In this document: one piece after another, positions 34,701-46,758 of the stretch
Layout: each line of letters opens with the position of its first letter
How positions within the stretch are numbered: the first letter of the stretch is position 1
IMG/VR virus record: IMGVR_UViG_2522572172_000008
Strand: one strand, 5' to 3'
Length of the DNA: 64,000 nt
Origin: an uncultured virus (IMG/VR IMGVR_UViG_2522572172_000008)
Taxonomy: Duplodnaviria > Heunggongvirae > Uroviricota > Caudoviricetes
Program-made: the position numbers and the translations under genes
The notes under the pieces: model-generated
Databases searched by the model: none
Seen by the model: the letters and a program-made list of their open reading frames with translations, nothing else
What the model was told of the DNA's origin: nothing

Positions 34701-37700
34701 CCATTTTTACATACACTTCATCGGACTCATCTGATGTAGCGTAGACAGAAGCGAAAATCTCTATTTCTTTTCGTTTCATACAAACACCTCTTCTGAATTT
34801 CATTGACTATAGTATAACAATTATATTTCTTTAAGTAAAATAAAATTTACATATTTCTTTATGATGAATAACATTAGATATATTATATAAAATAATATAA
34901 AGATATAATATGTAAATAAAAGGAGGTAATTATATGGAACAAAAATATATGTTAAACTATTTACTAACAATTGTGGGTTTTATATTTCTTTTGCTATCCA
35001 ATATACTGAATTTAAATGTATTTGTTTTTTCAATATTCATATTCATCAGTATAACTTCCAATTTTGGGGCGTTCGTCCTATGGATGAGAATGTTTAACGA
35101 ACATAAACAATCATTGCAAGAAAAAGAGGAATGAATATAATCATTCCTCTTTCATTTCTTTCTGAAACTCCGTAATGCCTACCCCTGCAAAAACTAAGGC
35201 AGACAATGAAATCGCTAATTCTGGTGTTTTCGCCTCTACTTTCCAATAACCTTTCGATGACGTGATAGAAAATTCAGATTCCCATATACCACATTCAAAA
35301 TTCAAATCAAATGAATCTAACTCTCTTACAAGCTTTCCATCTTGAATGAGTCCATTATCCTTTGTTAATTGATTCGCTATCATCCAAGCGTGTTCCAGAT
35401 TTGTTGATGGTTTAAACGAACGAACAAAGGTGTATTCATTCTTCTTTTCCCCTTGAATCCAACCTTCTTCTTTAAAGGTTTCATCCCTTCCCCATTTAAA
35501 GCCCATGACCTTTACTGCAAGTAAAGTATTCATTCGTTCCAACGTTTCTTTTTTCAAAATAATCATTCCTTTTTATAATTTAGATTAGCAATGTTCTAAC
35601 ATTTCTTTATTAACATCCTCCATTTTTAAGTTCATGCTATTTTCCACACGTTTCTTTTCATACTCAATTTGTTCTTTAATTACTTCGCATTGTTTTTTGT
35701 AGCATTGTCTACATTCTTCTTCTGTAAAGAAAATATTTAAGGATATGCCTGTAATGGAACGATAACCAGTATTATCATATGGGACAATGATTTTACTTAA
35801 TGGTGCTCCTTTTTTACCAAGTGGTCGAAAGTGATACGATGAATAATAAACTGTTTTGTTCTTTGGTAGTTTAGCATTATCAATTACTGCTACTTCTTGA
35901 GGTGGTACATGACGAATTGCCGATTCTAAAATGTTATTATGACGATAATCACAAATCCATACCTTATCGCCTTCCTTCACCGTATCACCTATTAGCTCTT
36001 CAAAATCAATGTATTCCATCTTTAATTCCTCCTTATTTTTAATCAAAGTTGCTAAGTCAAATACATAATAAAGAAGCAGATTGGAAGCATACCTACCAGA
36101 GTCCAAACCGCTCCATATATGTGATGTTTGGCTATTTCTTTTTCAAATGGTGATTTCTCTGTCTTCAATTTCTTTAATCCTAAATATCCCTTTATAAAAA
36201 CAAAAAATAGTATTGTACCTAAGAATCCAATAGAAAATATTGTTTTATCATTATAAATAAAATAATGGATTATAATTAAAATGCTAAGAAATACCCTGAT
36301 TATTTCTACTAAGAATATAATGTTTCTTTTGTTAATTCTTGATGTAAGCATAATTAGATTCGTTTCTTCTTAAAAAATGTAGTAAAATGATGTCCACATT
36401 GCTGTTAGAACGATACTTTCAAATGCAAATAGTCCAACTAAAAATGGTACATCTTTAATGAATGGTTTTCCTTCTCGAATCATGATAAATCTCTCCCTTT
36501 TAAATTATATATTTTAATAAAATTAATAATTTTATCAGTTAAATAATAGTCCTATAACAACCTAATTCATGACAAGGTTCGTTTGGCTCTGATTTTCCCC
36601 AATCTAATGTAACAAAAAACTTGTCAAGAAGTTCATTGCGTTCATGTTTCAAATACCCCGTAGACACTCCAAATCCTTCTTTAACCAATTCTTGAGTAAT
36701 GAGAGTTTTATATTGAAACGCTTCTCTATGTAGTTCCACAGTCAATGAGTAAGCACCTTTATCTGCTTCTATTTCTGCCCTTCGGATAAGAAAATTAATA
36801 TATTTTTTATCTGTCATTTCCTCATTACTTTTACTGGCTCTTTCATATAATTTCTTTGCAATCATATACAATATCTCTCCTTTATATGATTAGAGATTTT
36901 GTAGCATTTTCACATACCACACATCGTTGATATCTGCATCTGTAATTTCTTTTAATTCTTCTTCAGAATTAATTTTGCCCCACCAACTACCCGCTCCATA
37001 AATGATTTCTTTCAATTCAGGAACAAAAATAGCAGGATTATAATGTCTTGTAATGGATAGTTCCTTACTATTCGGATTATGAGATACAAATAGACCGATA
37101 TCAGCATCCCCTAAAAAAATACCTAAATATGTTTTTCCTTCATATTTTTCATTACAAGGTCTTACTTTTACCAATTGACCACATTTCCCATTATATGTTT
37201 TGGTTCGAATACCTTTTTCCTTAGGAGTATCAATACCACTAATCTCTAATGGATATTCTATAAATTTCGATTTAAACTCCTTGCAGTCAATTTGTTTTTC
37301 AATTTCTTCCTCATATTTATCATCTGGAATGTTACTAAAATCCCTTTGTTCTTTTTTACATACAGTTGTTATATCAGAAAAACCCTCACCAAATCCTATT
37401 TTGTGATTCCTACACCGTTTACAGTTAACTACTCTCGTCATTGCACATTCTCCTTTTCTTCTTTATAAAAAGGAGCTAAATATTCATTTATAAATGCAAT
37501 TAATAAGTCTACATCTTCTTTCGAAGCACTTTCGTCCATTAAAAAGAAATCTAATCTAAGATACTTACTGTATTCGCCATCACCATGATATTCATCAACT
37601 GCAACAACGACTAATTCAATGTTTTCTCCAACAGGAACTAAATATTCTTGAGAACCATCTGTTACAGGGAAGTCCAATTTATACGGATATTTCTTTATTT

Positions 37701-38921
37701 CAGTATCTTCGATGTATTGATTAACAGCCTCTAATACCTCTTCACAAACATCTTCTTGAAAAACTCCAGGATAATCACTGCATTGCTCTCTAAAATAAGT
37801 TGATAATTGCTTATTTAGTTCCGTTCTGATTTGAGTAATTCTCGAAGTCATAGCTACTAAAAGCCCTTGTACTTCTGCATCCATTATAATTGCGAATTCT
37901 GATTTTAGAAGTTTCATAATAACATCCCTTTCTTTTTACTTCATCGTTTTATTCCATAAAGAATCTAATGCTTCTTCTGTATATGTACTAAGCTGAGTAT
38001 TCGACAACCCTGTTTTTGATTCCAGTAGAAGTTTCATCCATTCAATTGTTTCGGTTTTAAAGCCTCCATCTAACGTAACCATTTTTACCTTCGCTTCATT
38101 TGCAGGTAAAACAACTACTGTTGCTCTTGAAAGCCCACTTCGCTTCTCTAATCTATCGTAAAATTGATTTAACACAATCCCTTTCATTCTCGTCCATCTC
38201 CCATCACTACAACTTCAAAATGCTCTTGAAACCAATCATCTCTTTCTCCTCTTGAGTCTGATAATCCATGCTTCTTTTGAAATTCACTCATAGATTCAAT
38301 ATATGCACCATTTTTTAATAACGGATAAATTTTTCCTTGTTTAAAATCCTCTCCTGCTGTTTCATCAACAACTACAGATTTAATGCACTTCAATTGTCTT
38401 TCACTCTTTTTATATCCTAAAACTTCATATTTTGCAGATATATCACTATGACTTAAGCACACTCGTTGTGAATCTGAAAAGCCATCTTCATCACAATAAT
38501 TAAAAAGGCAGTAACTTTCATACTCAAGATGATTCTCATCCTGTATTAATGGAATTTTTTTTATATACCAATTCTCTTCTGCATAATGAGCCTTAAATAC
38601 CTGATTTGGCTTTGCATATGCAATAATGTCTGCCAAATTTACACATTCACCTGTCGTTAATATTCGGTTCATACTCGTTCACCTCATGATTTAATTATGT
38701 AAAGGGACAATCCCTTTTGCTTCTATACAAATACCTACATGTTTTACAAACGTAGGATGATTCATTTCTTCTACAATCTTTCCTGCTTCCACTTTGTTAA
38801 ATGGAGTTGCATTTGATTTATGCTCTTCTCCAAATACATCCTCTACAAAATGAGGTCGAGAAGAAAATCTTGCATATTTTTCATTTGTTAATTGAATGAT
38901 ATAGAGCTCATCATCTTTCAT
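31728..38921 (-). other. Long run of small hypothetical genes (lipoprotein 33078-33359, zinc-ribbon proteins); one plus-strand membrane ORF at 34934-35134
   Basis: Packed ORFs with RBSs; palindromes at 34803 and 38973. Confidence 0.6.
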
Positions 38922-39031
38922 ACTAATTACCCCCGTTCATTTATTAACTCTAAAAGGATTATATTATTTATATCAACTATAGTCAATAATATTTTACGAA
39001 AATAAAAAAAGAGAGATTCATCTCTCTTTTA

Positions 39032-40015
39032 TCATTGCTTATTCTCTTGTGGAGTTTCCATTTGTTGTGATGTCTCTTCTGTTCCAAATTCAATATCAAT
39101 ATACGTAGAAAATGGTTTTATAGATAAATCCTTGGCTTCGTTTTTTACCTGTTCGTTTATTTGACCATTTTGTTTCTCAATGATAGATAAATAGTCTTTT
39201 AACATTTTAGCTACTTGTGTACCTTTATTTTCTTTAATAATAGACTCGAATTCTTTTTTAATATTAGGTTTCATCTTTCCATCTTCAACAAAGAACGTAT
39301 GGTCAACACCTAATAAAATACTATATAAGTATCTTCCACTGTTCGCCCAAGATTCTTTATAGTTTCCATCTTTCCATTTTGATTCATTTTTCTCAATCTC
39401 TTTAATTTGACTTGCAATCTCTTTTAAATCAAACTCTTCATTTTTCGAATCAAAAATTTCGTGCTCACTTTGCTTTTTGTTAAATTGAAGGAATGTTTTT
39501 AAATCATCATCCATATATTTCCCATAATTATCAAGAACATATTGATAATCTACAGCTAAGTAAAACGTTTCAGAGCCTTTATCTTGCTTCACTTTTAAAT
39601 GTAGCTTTTCTGCTTCTGCCAATAATCCCTTCACTAATCCCTCGTCTAATTTATCAATAGATTCATGTTTTGTGACGTCTACTTTTTTATCTTTCATCAC
39701 TTTTAGTAAATCAGATTGCAATGGTCCCATTTTTACTTTTAATTCACCACTGTCTTGCTGTACAGAGAACATATATGCATTTAGTACGTCTGAAGCGTGT
39801 TTCTTATCTAACTTCATAATTTTATTCTTAAAAGTAGACTCTACTTCCTGACCACTACCTCGATTTGAAACCATCTTATTTACATCATTAACAAATGAAG
39901 CTTGTTCTTTGTCATTTAATTTCTCAGTTGTTTTCGTCCCACAACCGACTAACATACTTGCCACTAAGCAAGTAACTAAAATTGGTTTTGACATTTTTGA
40001 AACCAACATATCCAA
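39032..40015 (-). CDS. Lipoprotein, hypothetical
   Basis: Lipobox LVGC. Confidence 0.7.
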   Translation of the reverse strand: MDMLVSKMSKPILVTCLVASMLVGCGTKTTEKLNDKEQASFVNDVNKMVSNRGSGQEVESTFKNKIMKLDKKHASDVLNAYMFSVQQDSGELKVKMGPLQSDLLKVMKDKKVDVTKHESIDKLDEGLVKGLLAEAEKLHLKVKQDKGSETFYLAVDYQYVLDNYGKYMDDDLKTFLQFNKKQSEHEIFDSKNEEFDLKEIASQIKEIEKNESKWKDGNYKESWANSGRYLYSILLGVDHTFFVEDGKMKPNIKKEFESIIKENKGTQVAKMLKDYLSIIEKQNGQINEQVKNEAKDLSIKPFSTYIDIEFGTEETSQQMETPQENKQ

Positions 40016-40340
40016 CTCCCTCCAAATACTGTTTATCGAAGTAATACATATACTCGAATCGCATCTTCAATTTCATCTTTCAAATTATCCATATCTACTT
40101 GGCATTCATCCGAAACTAAAATATCAGCAATTTTATCGGCATTTTTAATTAGCTCTTCTTGAAATTCCTCATTAAAACCATCTGTATACACCCCTTCTTT
40201 ACAAAAACGTATAAGTTCTTCTTTAATTCTTTCTTTTTGCGTATTTTGTGTTGTATTCATTGTATCCAACTCCTTTCTTTCTTTTTATTTTCTTTATGTA
40301 TTGTAGATAGTTGAGAAGGAGTATATTTATTGAAATGGTT

Positions 40341-41318
40341 TTATGATGGATTACTTTCTTTGAGACTAATAATTTTATTTATGCCCCTTTTAAACTCTAT
40401 CTTGAAATGATGAATTCCTTTTTCTGTTGGAACAGACAAGGTATATACTGTAACAGCTCGAACATCTTTATCATCATGAACATAACTTGTTATCTTCTTC
40501 TTTTTCATTTCTTGTTTTGTAAGCTTTGATAGTTCATATAGTGTAGTAGCACTTTTTTCAGCCAATCCCATTTTTTTAGCAAGTTCAATAAATTCAGGAC
40601 TATTCCCCTTTACTTCTTCATTTATAACTTGTTGATGTAGTCCTTTTCCATTCAGGCTATGCAAAAATGTATTTAACTCTAATAAAAACTCCTGATGAAC
40701 ATTTGCTTCTAAAGTACTTTTCGCTGTTAATGGTGATTCTGTATGTTCAGACTCATGAATGTTACCAATTCTGGATGCATTCTCAATTTTTAATTTATCA
40801 TCTAAAGTTAACTCGATAGTTTGAATATCAAATGTTTTGTCATCATCTACAGAATTAATATCCACTACGGCTTTATATTTTTCATTGTTATTAACAATCT
40901 GTTTACCAAAAGAAGTTAGTGTCACAGAATCTACTTTTCTATGTTCTTTTTTATACACATCTGCTAATGTTTCAAAGAATGCATCATCTTTATTTTTATA
41001 GCTACTGGCGAAAACAGAATCTAATAATTTATACATGCTTTTCCCATTTGACATTGTTTTTAAATAGGAGTCCCTGTCTTTTATAACAGACTCAATTGTA
41101 TTGATTTGATTCTGCATGGTTTCTAAAAGATTTGCTTCATCCTGTACTTCTTCTATTTTAATCCCCATAATAGTAGGTATTTTCTTTTCCTGTTCTTCTG
41201 GTTTTACTTCTTTCACGAATGATTTAAATGGAATTTTGTAATACGTACAACCTGACATAACCAATGAACTACTTAATACCATTGCACACATCGTTACTAA
41301 TTTGAGCTTCCGATTCAT
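40341..41318 (-). CDS. Lipoprotein, hypothetical
   Basis: Lipobox MSGC. Confidence 0.65.
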   Translation of the reverse strand: MNRKLKLVTMCAMVLSSSLVMSGCTYYKIPFKSFVKEVKPEEQEKKIPTIMGIKIEEVQDEANLLETMQNQINTIESVIKDRDSYLKTMSNGKSMYKLLDSVFASSYKNKDDAFFETLADVYKKEHRKVDSVTLTSFGKQIVNNNEKYKAVVDINSVDDDKTFDIQTIELTLDDKLKIENASRIGNIHESEHTESPLTAKSTLEANVHQEFLLELNTFLHSLNGKGLHQQVINEEVKGNSPEFIELAKKMGLAEKSATTLYELSKLTKQEMKKKKITSYVHDDKDVRAVTVYTLSVPTEKGIHHFKIEFKRGINKIISLKESNPS

Positions 41319-42025
41319 ACAATCACCACTTTCTTCATGTTTAGAAACACATCTCTTTGGGTCTCAAAAGTTGGAACACCACCAAGTATTTCAAACGTAA
41401 CAAACGCATCGTTAGGAAGATAACTTAGTATCTCTTCATAATTAAGCAGTCCATCATTTAACTTTCGAGCGACCAATGTGTTCTTTTCTGTCTTTTTTAA
41501 ATTAGCAAGGTGTAGCTCCTTGATATTTTTCCAATTCATATTCTTTAATGTTTCTACAAAACACGACTTGTCGTATCCACAAGCAATAAATAATTGTGGA
41601 ATATCAATTGTCATTTTTACTTCATGACTAATCTCTATCACTTCTTCTGGAAGAGATACATGTAATCGTGAATTGCTTCGATTTTCCACGAACACAGGAC
41701 AATTTGTTTCCTCTTCTACTCTTGTGCATAAACTTTTAAAAATATGCCATCCCATTTTCTTTTTGGACGGAGGATGAATGGTAATTCCATAAACAACTGT
41801 CACTTGTTGAAGAGCAATAATGATTTGTATATATTCTTTGTATCGAGACAGAACGTTGTTTTCACTCTGTCCCTTTTTTGTCCAATCCCCATGTAAGATA
41901 ACAGGTAATGGTGCATATATTTTGTATTTATCAAGTGCTTCTTCCACGGTTAACCCACAGATATCCAATTGTACATAATCTGCTTTACCAGAGACCTTCC
42001 GTATACTCATTTGACCAAACTTCAT
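41315..42025 (-). CDS. TIM-barrel protein, AP endonuclease 2/xylose isomerase-like
   Basis: IHP, VEN, DIPQ, ELHL and FE metal-ligand pattern; GGGAGGG RBS before ATG 42025. Confidence 0.55.
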   Translation of the reverse strand: MKFGQMSIRKVSGKADYVQLDICGLTVEEALDKYKIYAPLPVILHGDWTKKGQSENNVLSRYKEYIQIIIALQQVTVVYGITIHPPSKKKMGWHIFKSLCTRVEEETNCPVFVENRSNSRLHVSLPEEVIEISHEVKMTIDIPQLFIACGYDKSCFVETLKNMNWKNIKELHLANLKKTEKNTLVARKLNDGLLNYEEILSYLPNDAFVTFEILGGVPTFETQRDVFLNMKKVVIV

Positions 42026-42087
42026 GTTTAAGCCCTCCCTATACACCATTTTATTAACTATAGTCAAAATGATGACCTTAAAAAACC

Positions 42088-43317
42088 TTACGCTGTAAGG
42101 ACTTCGTTGACCCTATTTTCATCTATTACAATAGAACTTCTCGACTTCAAATTTAGTAATTCTCTTAATTCAGGATTAAGCCTAAATACCACACCATTTG
42201 TTCCTGATACAAGCTCTTTCCATATCTTATCTATGGTTTTCTCTTTCATCGTTGTAAGTGTAATTAAGTTTTCCTTTGCAACATAACCATACTCTTTATA
42301 ACAGTGATGAAAATAATCCTCTAACATTCCTCGTTCATGTTTAAGCTTTTTTGACCCACCTGAAGTTTCTTGCACATAAATATTTTTTGAAAATTCATCC
42401 CCAAAAATATGGGATACCTTGTCTTTTGTTAATGTATGATATTTAATATTATGTTTTATTAATATTTTTGCTCTTTCTTCTGCAATTTCCATTGTATCTT
42501 CTACATTTTCTACTAAATAAAAAGAAACAATGTTTCGCTTTTCTTTATTCTTTTTCATTTCTTCTTTTGCTTGATTTAAAAATTCTAATGGAATTTCATC
42601 GTCTTTCATTTTTCGAACAAATCCTAATACTGCAAACATATTCATGCATTGATTAATGACAGAAACTGAGTAGTTAGGGAAATAATTATATTTGAGATAT
42701 TTTGTTGATACGAAAAATATAGCCTGATTTTGATAGCTTAAATGTTTACTAACCAGTGTATTTAGCCCAATTCTATTCATCGCTTTCAAAAGCTCCCATC
42801 TATCGCCAACAAGTTTATGTAAACAAGGATATCGTTTAGGCAATATACATTCTAAAGAATCAATATTCTCTTCGTATCTTTTCGATTGAACATGTAGCCA
42901 TCTATCTTCCCAAATTAAACCGAATTTATGATTTGCAATTCGAATCGTCTTTCCTATTTTTTCGTTATAATACACACTTAATAAATCAATTAAATCCAGG
43001 GAATTTGTAACATCAGCTTTACTTCTCGTAAAATATCTACAATGACCTGTTTCACTCATGCTAATCCATGCATGATTCCCTTTTATAAGTGGACATTCGA
43101 AATAAGTATTCATTTCAGCCGAATTCAATATCACTTGTGTTAAGTCTACTTTTCCATAAATATCACTTATTCTTGTGTATCCATGTCGAACGTTTTCAAT
43201 AACTAATTCTGTTATTTTTTGTATGTCAAATACTTCATTTCTTCTTTCGTGAATTAAATTATGGATTCGATTTCGTTGGAACATGTTTAATGGAAAAAAG
43301 TTAGGAATGTATTGCAC
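42088..43317 (-). CDS. Hypothetical protein, possibly DNA-binding or replication-related
   Basis: 409-aa basic ORF with AGGAGG RBS. Confidence 0.55.
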   Translation of the reverse strand: MQYIPNFFPLNMFQRNRIHNLIHERRNEVFDIQKITELVIENVRHGYTRISDIYGKVDLTQVILNSAEMNTYFECPLIKGNHAWISMSETGHCRYFTRSKADVTNSLDLIDLLSVYYNEKIGKTIRIANHKFGLIWEDRWLHVQSKRYEENIDSLECILPKRYPCLHKLVGDRWELLKAMNRIGLNTLVSKHLSYQNQAIFFVSTKYLKYNYFPNYSVSVINQCMNMFAVLGFVRKMKDDEIPLEFLNQAKEEMKKNKEKRNIVSFYLVENVEDTMEIAEERAKILIKHNIKYHTLTKDKVSHIFGDEFSKNIYVQETSGGSKKLKHERGMLEDYFHHCYKEYGYVAKENLITLTTMKEKTIDKIWKELVSGTNGVVFRLNPELRELLNLKSRSSIVIDENRVNEVLTA

Positions 43318-43407
43318 TCAACATCCTCCTTTCATCACTCATTTACTATAGTCAATGAAAATTATAGCATATATATTTTATATTTCAATCACATCATGTA
43401 TGTTTCA

Positions 43408-44249
43408 TTAGATATTTTTATACTTTTCCTGCAATGTTAGAATTTCATTTGGTAATTTTTCATACCATGCAGGTAAAGAAAATTTAAATAAGTAATGTCG
43501 GCAAGCCTTATATTGCTTCTGAATTGATTTGTACGGATGTTTGTTTACATTATGAGCATTGCATTTAAAAACCATTTCTAAGAATACCAGATACCTTTTA
43601 AAGCATCGTTGAACGACTTCAATAGCAGGTTTTTGTACACTTTTATTCCGAACAACCCCCAATCGACAACCTATTAAATATTTAAGAACATCTCGTTCTT
43701 CCATAATGGCCTCTTTTTCCGACAATTTAATCCCCCACGATTCTAATAAAGAATGACCAAATTTAGGTTTCTCAAATTGACGTAATATATCATCATAGTG
43801 ATTTTGAATATCTGCTATTGCTTGAAAATACTTTACATGCACTTCTATCACTCTTTTCTCTATTCATCTTCTAATATCGCTAATGATTCACGAACCACTT
43901 TCATTTCTTTTCCTAATACACACAAAACACTATATATATCTATCCCGTAATCATATCTTGATAGATTCAATTCATCTGTAACATCTGCCCCATTAAATAG
44001 ATTAAATGCAACAGCAATTATCATTCTTTTCTTTTCGTTGAACTCATTATTTAAAGCTTCAAAAAGTTTTTGATTGTACTTCATATAAGAACCGTCAAAA
44101 GAATACAACTGACTAACCATTTCATTTGAACACTCTATTGATGTTAGTAAGTAGATGATTGCACGTTCTTTTTTCGATTTTATATAGGAAATAAAATGAT
44201 TGTATTGCAACTGATGAGACTCATTAACAAAATCCATATATACATTCAC
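43408..44249 (-). other. Two hypothetical genes
   Basis: ORFs 43408-43851 and 43860-44249 behind palindrome promoter 44293. Confidence 0.6.
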
Positions 44250-44413
44250 CCTTCTCTATCACTTTCGTTGTAAACAAATAGTACAACAACCATCAACTAT
44301 AGTCAATAATTAGTATTTACGTAAGTAAAAAATTATTTACGGAAAAGATTTATTTCCTCCTTTTGATTTGATATAATTAAACGGTAGCATACCTAATAAA
44401 GGAGCTGTCCCTA

Positions 44414-44818
44414 TTGAAATTAATTATTTCTAATAAAAGTAAATCGAATAGGATATCAAACATACATTCTGAACCAAACACAACTTTATTTCTTTCAGAT
44501 GAAGAAATAAAGATGTCAAAAGCATTAATAGAAAAAGAATTGTTTTTTATAAAAACACAACAATCAAAATCCATAGAAGAAAAGGATGTTGAAAGTGTTT
44601 CATTTTGGAATTTGATGGAATCTATGTTTAAAGCCACATATAAGAAATTAAAACCTAAAACACAATTGAATTTTGGAGAGTTAGATAGTTACTACGGAGT
44701 TATAGAAATGAATGTAGTCGATATGACAAAGACCATATTTACGAAGGAGTCTGTTAGGACAATACAATCTTTAAAATCAAAAATACAAGCTATACACCAT
44801 GAATGTATAGTTGAATAA
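44414..44818 (+). CDS. Hypothetical protein
   Basis: AAGGAG RBS, TTG start. Confidence 0.6.
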   Translation: MKLIISNKSKSNRISNIHSEPNTTLFLSDEEIKMSKALIEKELFFIKTQQSKSIEEKDVESVSFWNLMESMFKATYKKLKPKTQLNFGELDSYYGVIEMNVVDMTKTIFTKESVRTIQSLKSKIQAIHHECIVE

Positions 44819-44832
44819 AGGAGAGATTTTCT

Positions 44833-44991
44833 ATGAAAGTTGGAGAAAAACACATTTGTCCTCATTGTGGCAGTTCAAATACAAAATGTTTAGGTCATGG
44901 TGGATACAAACAAGGCCCAAATGGATTCGGGGATAAAACAACATTAGTTGCCTATCAATGTGATGATTGCAATCAGTCATTCAAAGAGTAG
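44833..44991 (+). CDS. Zinc-ribbon mini-protein (52 aa), not in ORF track
   Basis: AAGGAG RBS; MKVGEKHICPHCGS...YQCDDCNQSFKE*. Confidence 0.7.
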   Translation: MKVGEKHICPHCGSSNTKCLGHGGYKQGPNGFGDKTTLVAYQCDDCNQSFKE

Positions 44992-45044
44992 ATGAATATA
45001 TAAGAGAAGCTTCATAACAATTAGATTAGGAGGTGCTTTTTTAC

Positions 45045-45515
45045 ATGGATGGTTTTTGCACAGATGTTTTAGAAATCGCTAAATACTTTATTTTTAAGGG
45101 TAAAAATAGCGAAAAATATAGGGTAACAAACACGAAACTACATAAATTACTCTATTTTTCTCAAGGGTTTCATTTAGCTATTGAAAATAAACCGATTTTT
45201 CTTGAAGAGATTTATATGTTTGAACATGGTCCACTTATAAAATCAGTTCATGAAAAATACAGAAAGTACACTTATCATACAATTCCTGAAGAATGTAATG
45301 ATGACTTTTCGTTTAATCAAGAGACACGGGAATTTCTGGATGATATATGGAATCTATTTAAATTATATACGTCTAAAGTATTAGAAGAAATTATAACTAA
45401 CGATGAGCCATGGAAACGTGCAAGAGAAAATTTATTTTTATATCAAATACCTACTGAACCTCTTGATTTAAATTTCACAAAGGAATACTTTAAGAAAGAA
45501 TACATTGTTGCTTGA
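45045..45515 (+). CDS. Panacea/DUF4065 (SocA-like) antitoxin domain protein
   Basis: TNTKLHKLLYFSQG, HGP and EPW motifs. Confidence 0.85.
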   Translation: MDGFCTDVLEIAKYFIFKGKNSEKYRVTNTKLHKLLYFSQGFHLAIENKPIFLEEIYMFEHGPLIKSVHEKYRKYTYHTIPEECNDDFSFNQETREFLDDIWNLFKLYTSKVLEEIITNDEPWKRARENLFLYQIPTEPLDLNFTKEYFKKEYIVA

Positions 45516-45856
45516 AGATTTCATATAAAACATAAAATCTATATAAAAGGAGTAAGAAACGTGATAAACCGATTTTTCAAAGATATGCCTAAGGAATTAA
45601 ACACTACAGGTAAATGGAGAATTGAGATATTAGCAATTTTCCCAATGAAAGAGAATGTTGTTTATAGCACTACTTATCAAGGACGTTTATGGGTTGCCTA
45701 TATTAAAGTGAGGCTTAAAGCATTATTAAAGGATTGGTCAACAAGTGGAGATTACTATGGAGTTGGGTGGCGTATTAAAAAAGAAAGTTAATAAAAAGCA
45801 TCTCGTTACATAAAAAAGACGCATAGAGAAAAAACTCATGCGTCTTCTTCGTGTGT

Positions 45857-46663
45857 TTATTGTTTGTTGTTCCTATTCCTATCATTTCTTGTAGTTAACA
45901 ATTCTCCAGGACTTAAAGAATCATAGAATGGTGCAGTTGGAGCAACCCATAGTACGCCAGAACCTGAGAAAGTTTGTAATACCCCTTCACCACTTAGCAT
46001 CGTTCCTGTTAAGCTCTTCGCTGACTTCTCTACACTGAATCGAATATCTCCAGAACGTAAGATTGCAAAATTACCATCTATTTGTGCTTTTTCGTTATCT
46101 AAGTAGTATTCGATAATTTCACTTCTTGGTACAGGTAATGCTAAAACAACTAAACCTGTTCCCTTCAATGAAGTTTGAAAAAATCCTTCGCCCCCAAAAA
46201 CAGCAGAACTTATATTTTTTTGAGAAGTAGGCTCTACAGCTATGTTTGCGGTACTACAACAGAACATCCCTTTATCAACAATAACTTCTTCATTATTAAG
46301 TTGCATGATTGCATAATGCTTCAAAGTTGGTTCTAAATAAATTTCTCCTACACCTCTATATACAGGTTTAACCGCTGATTCACTTGTTACAGTACCTTTC
46401 ATAACATTTTTTAATAGTCCTGTTACACCACCATTTTTCACTTCACACTCGATATTCCCTTTTAACATGTATAGTGCCCCTGCTTCTGTTTTTACAGAGC
46501 CATTCTTTAATGTAATTCGAATTTGTTTAAAAGTAACGTGAGCTTCTTTTGCAAAATATAACTTCATTGCATTATCAACATCTCTCGCTCCTTTTAATTG
46601 GGGCACTTCTAATATTTCAATCTTCATTTGTTCTGTCTCTTCTACTTCTAATACTTTATACAT
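45857..46663 (-). CDS. AIM24 family protein (TRAP-like fold)
   Basis: EAGALY, GEIYLEP, FGGEGFFQT and GEGVLQTFSGSG motifs. Confidence 0.85.
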   Translation of the reverse strand: MYKVLEVEETEQMKIEILEVPQLKGARDVDNAMKLYFAKEAHVTFKQIRITLKNGSVKTEAGALYMLKGNIECEVKNGGVTGLLKNVMKGTVTSESAVKPVYRGVGEIYLEPTLKHYAIMQLNNEEVIVDKGMFCCSTANIAVEPTSQKNISSAVFGGEGFFQTSLKGTGLVVLALPVPRSEIIEYYLDNEKAQIDGNFAILRSGDIRFSVEKSAKSLTGTMLSGEGVLQTFSGSGVLWVAPTAPFYDSLSPGELLTTRNDRNRNNKQ

Positions 46664-46758
46664 ACAATCATCTCCTTTTATACATGATTGTTGTATTGTA
46701 GAAAAAAGCGTGAGGAACTATTCGATAATAAAAAAAGATGAGGGTTTTACCCCTCATC

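Noticed and set aside
42088..43317. Replication initiator or primase call
   Set aside because: Only a degenerate zinc-finger-like segment; no recognisable Rep or TOPRIM motifs and no adjacent iterons.
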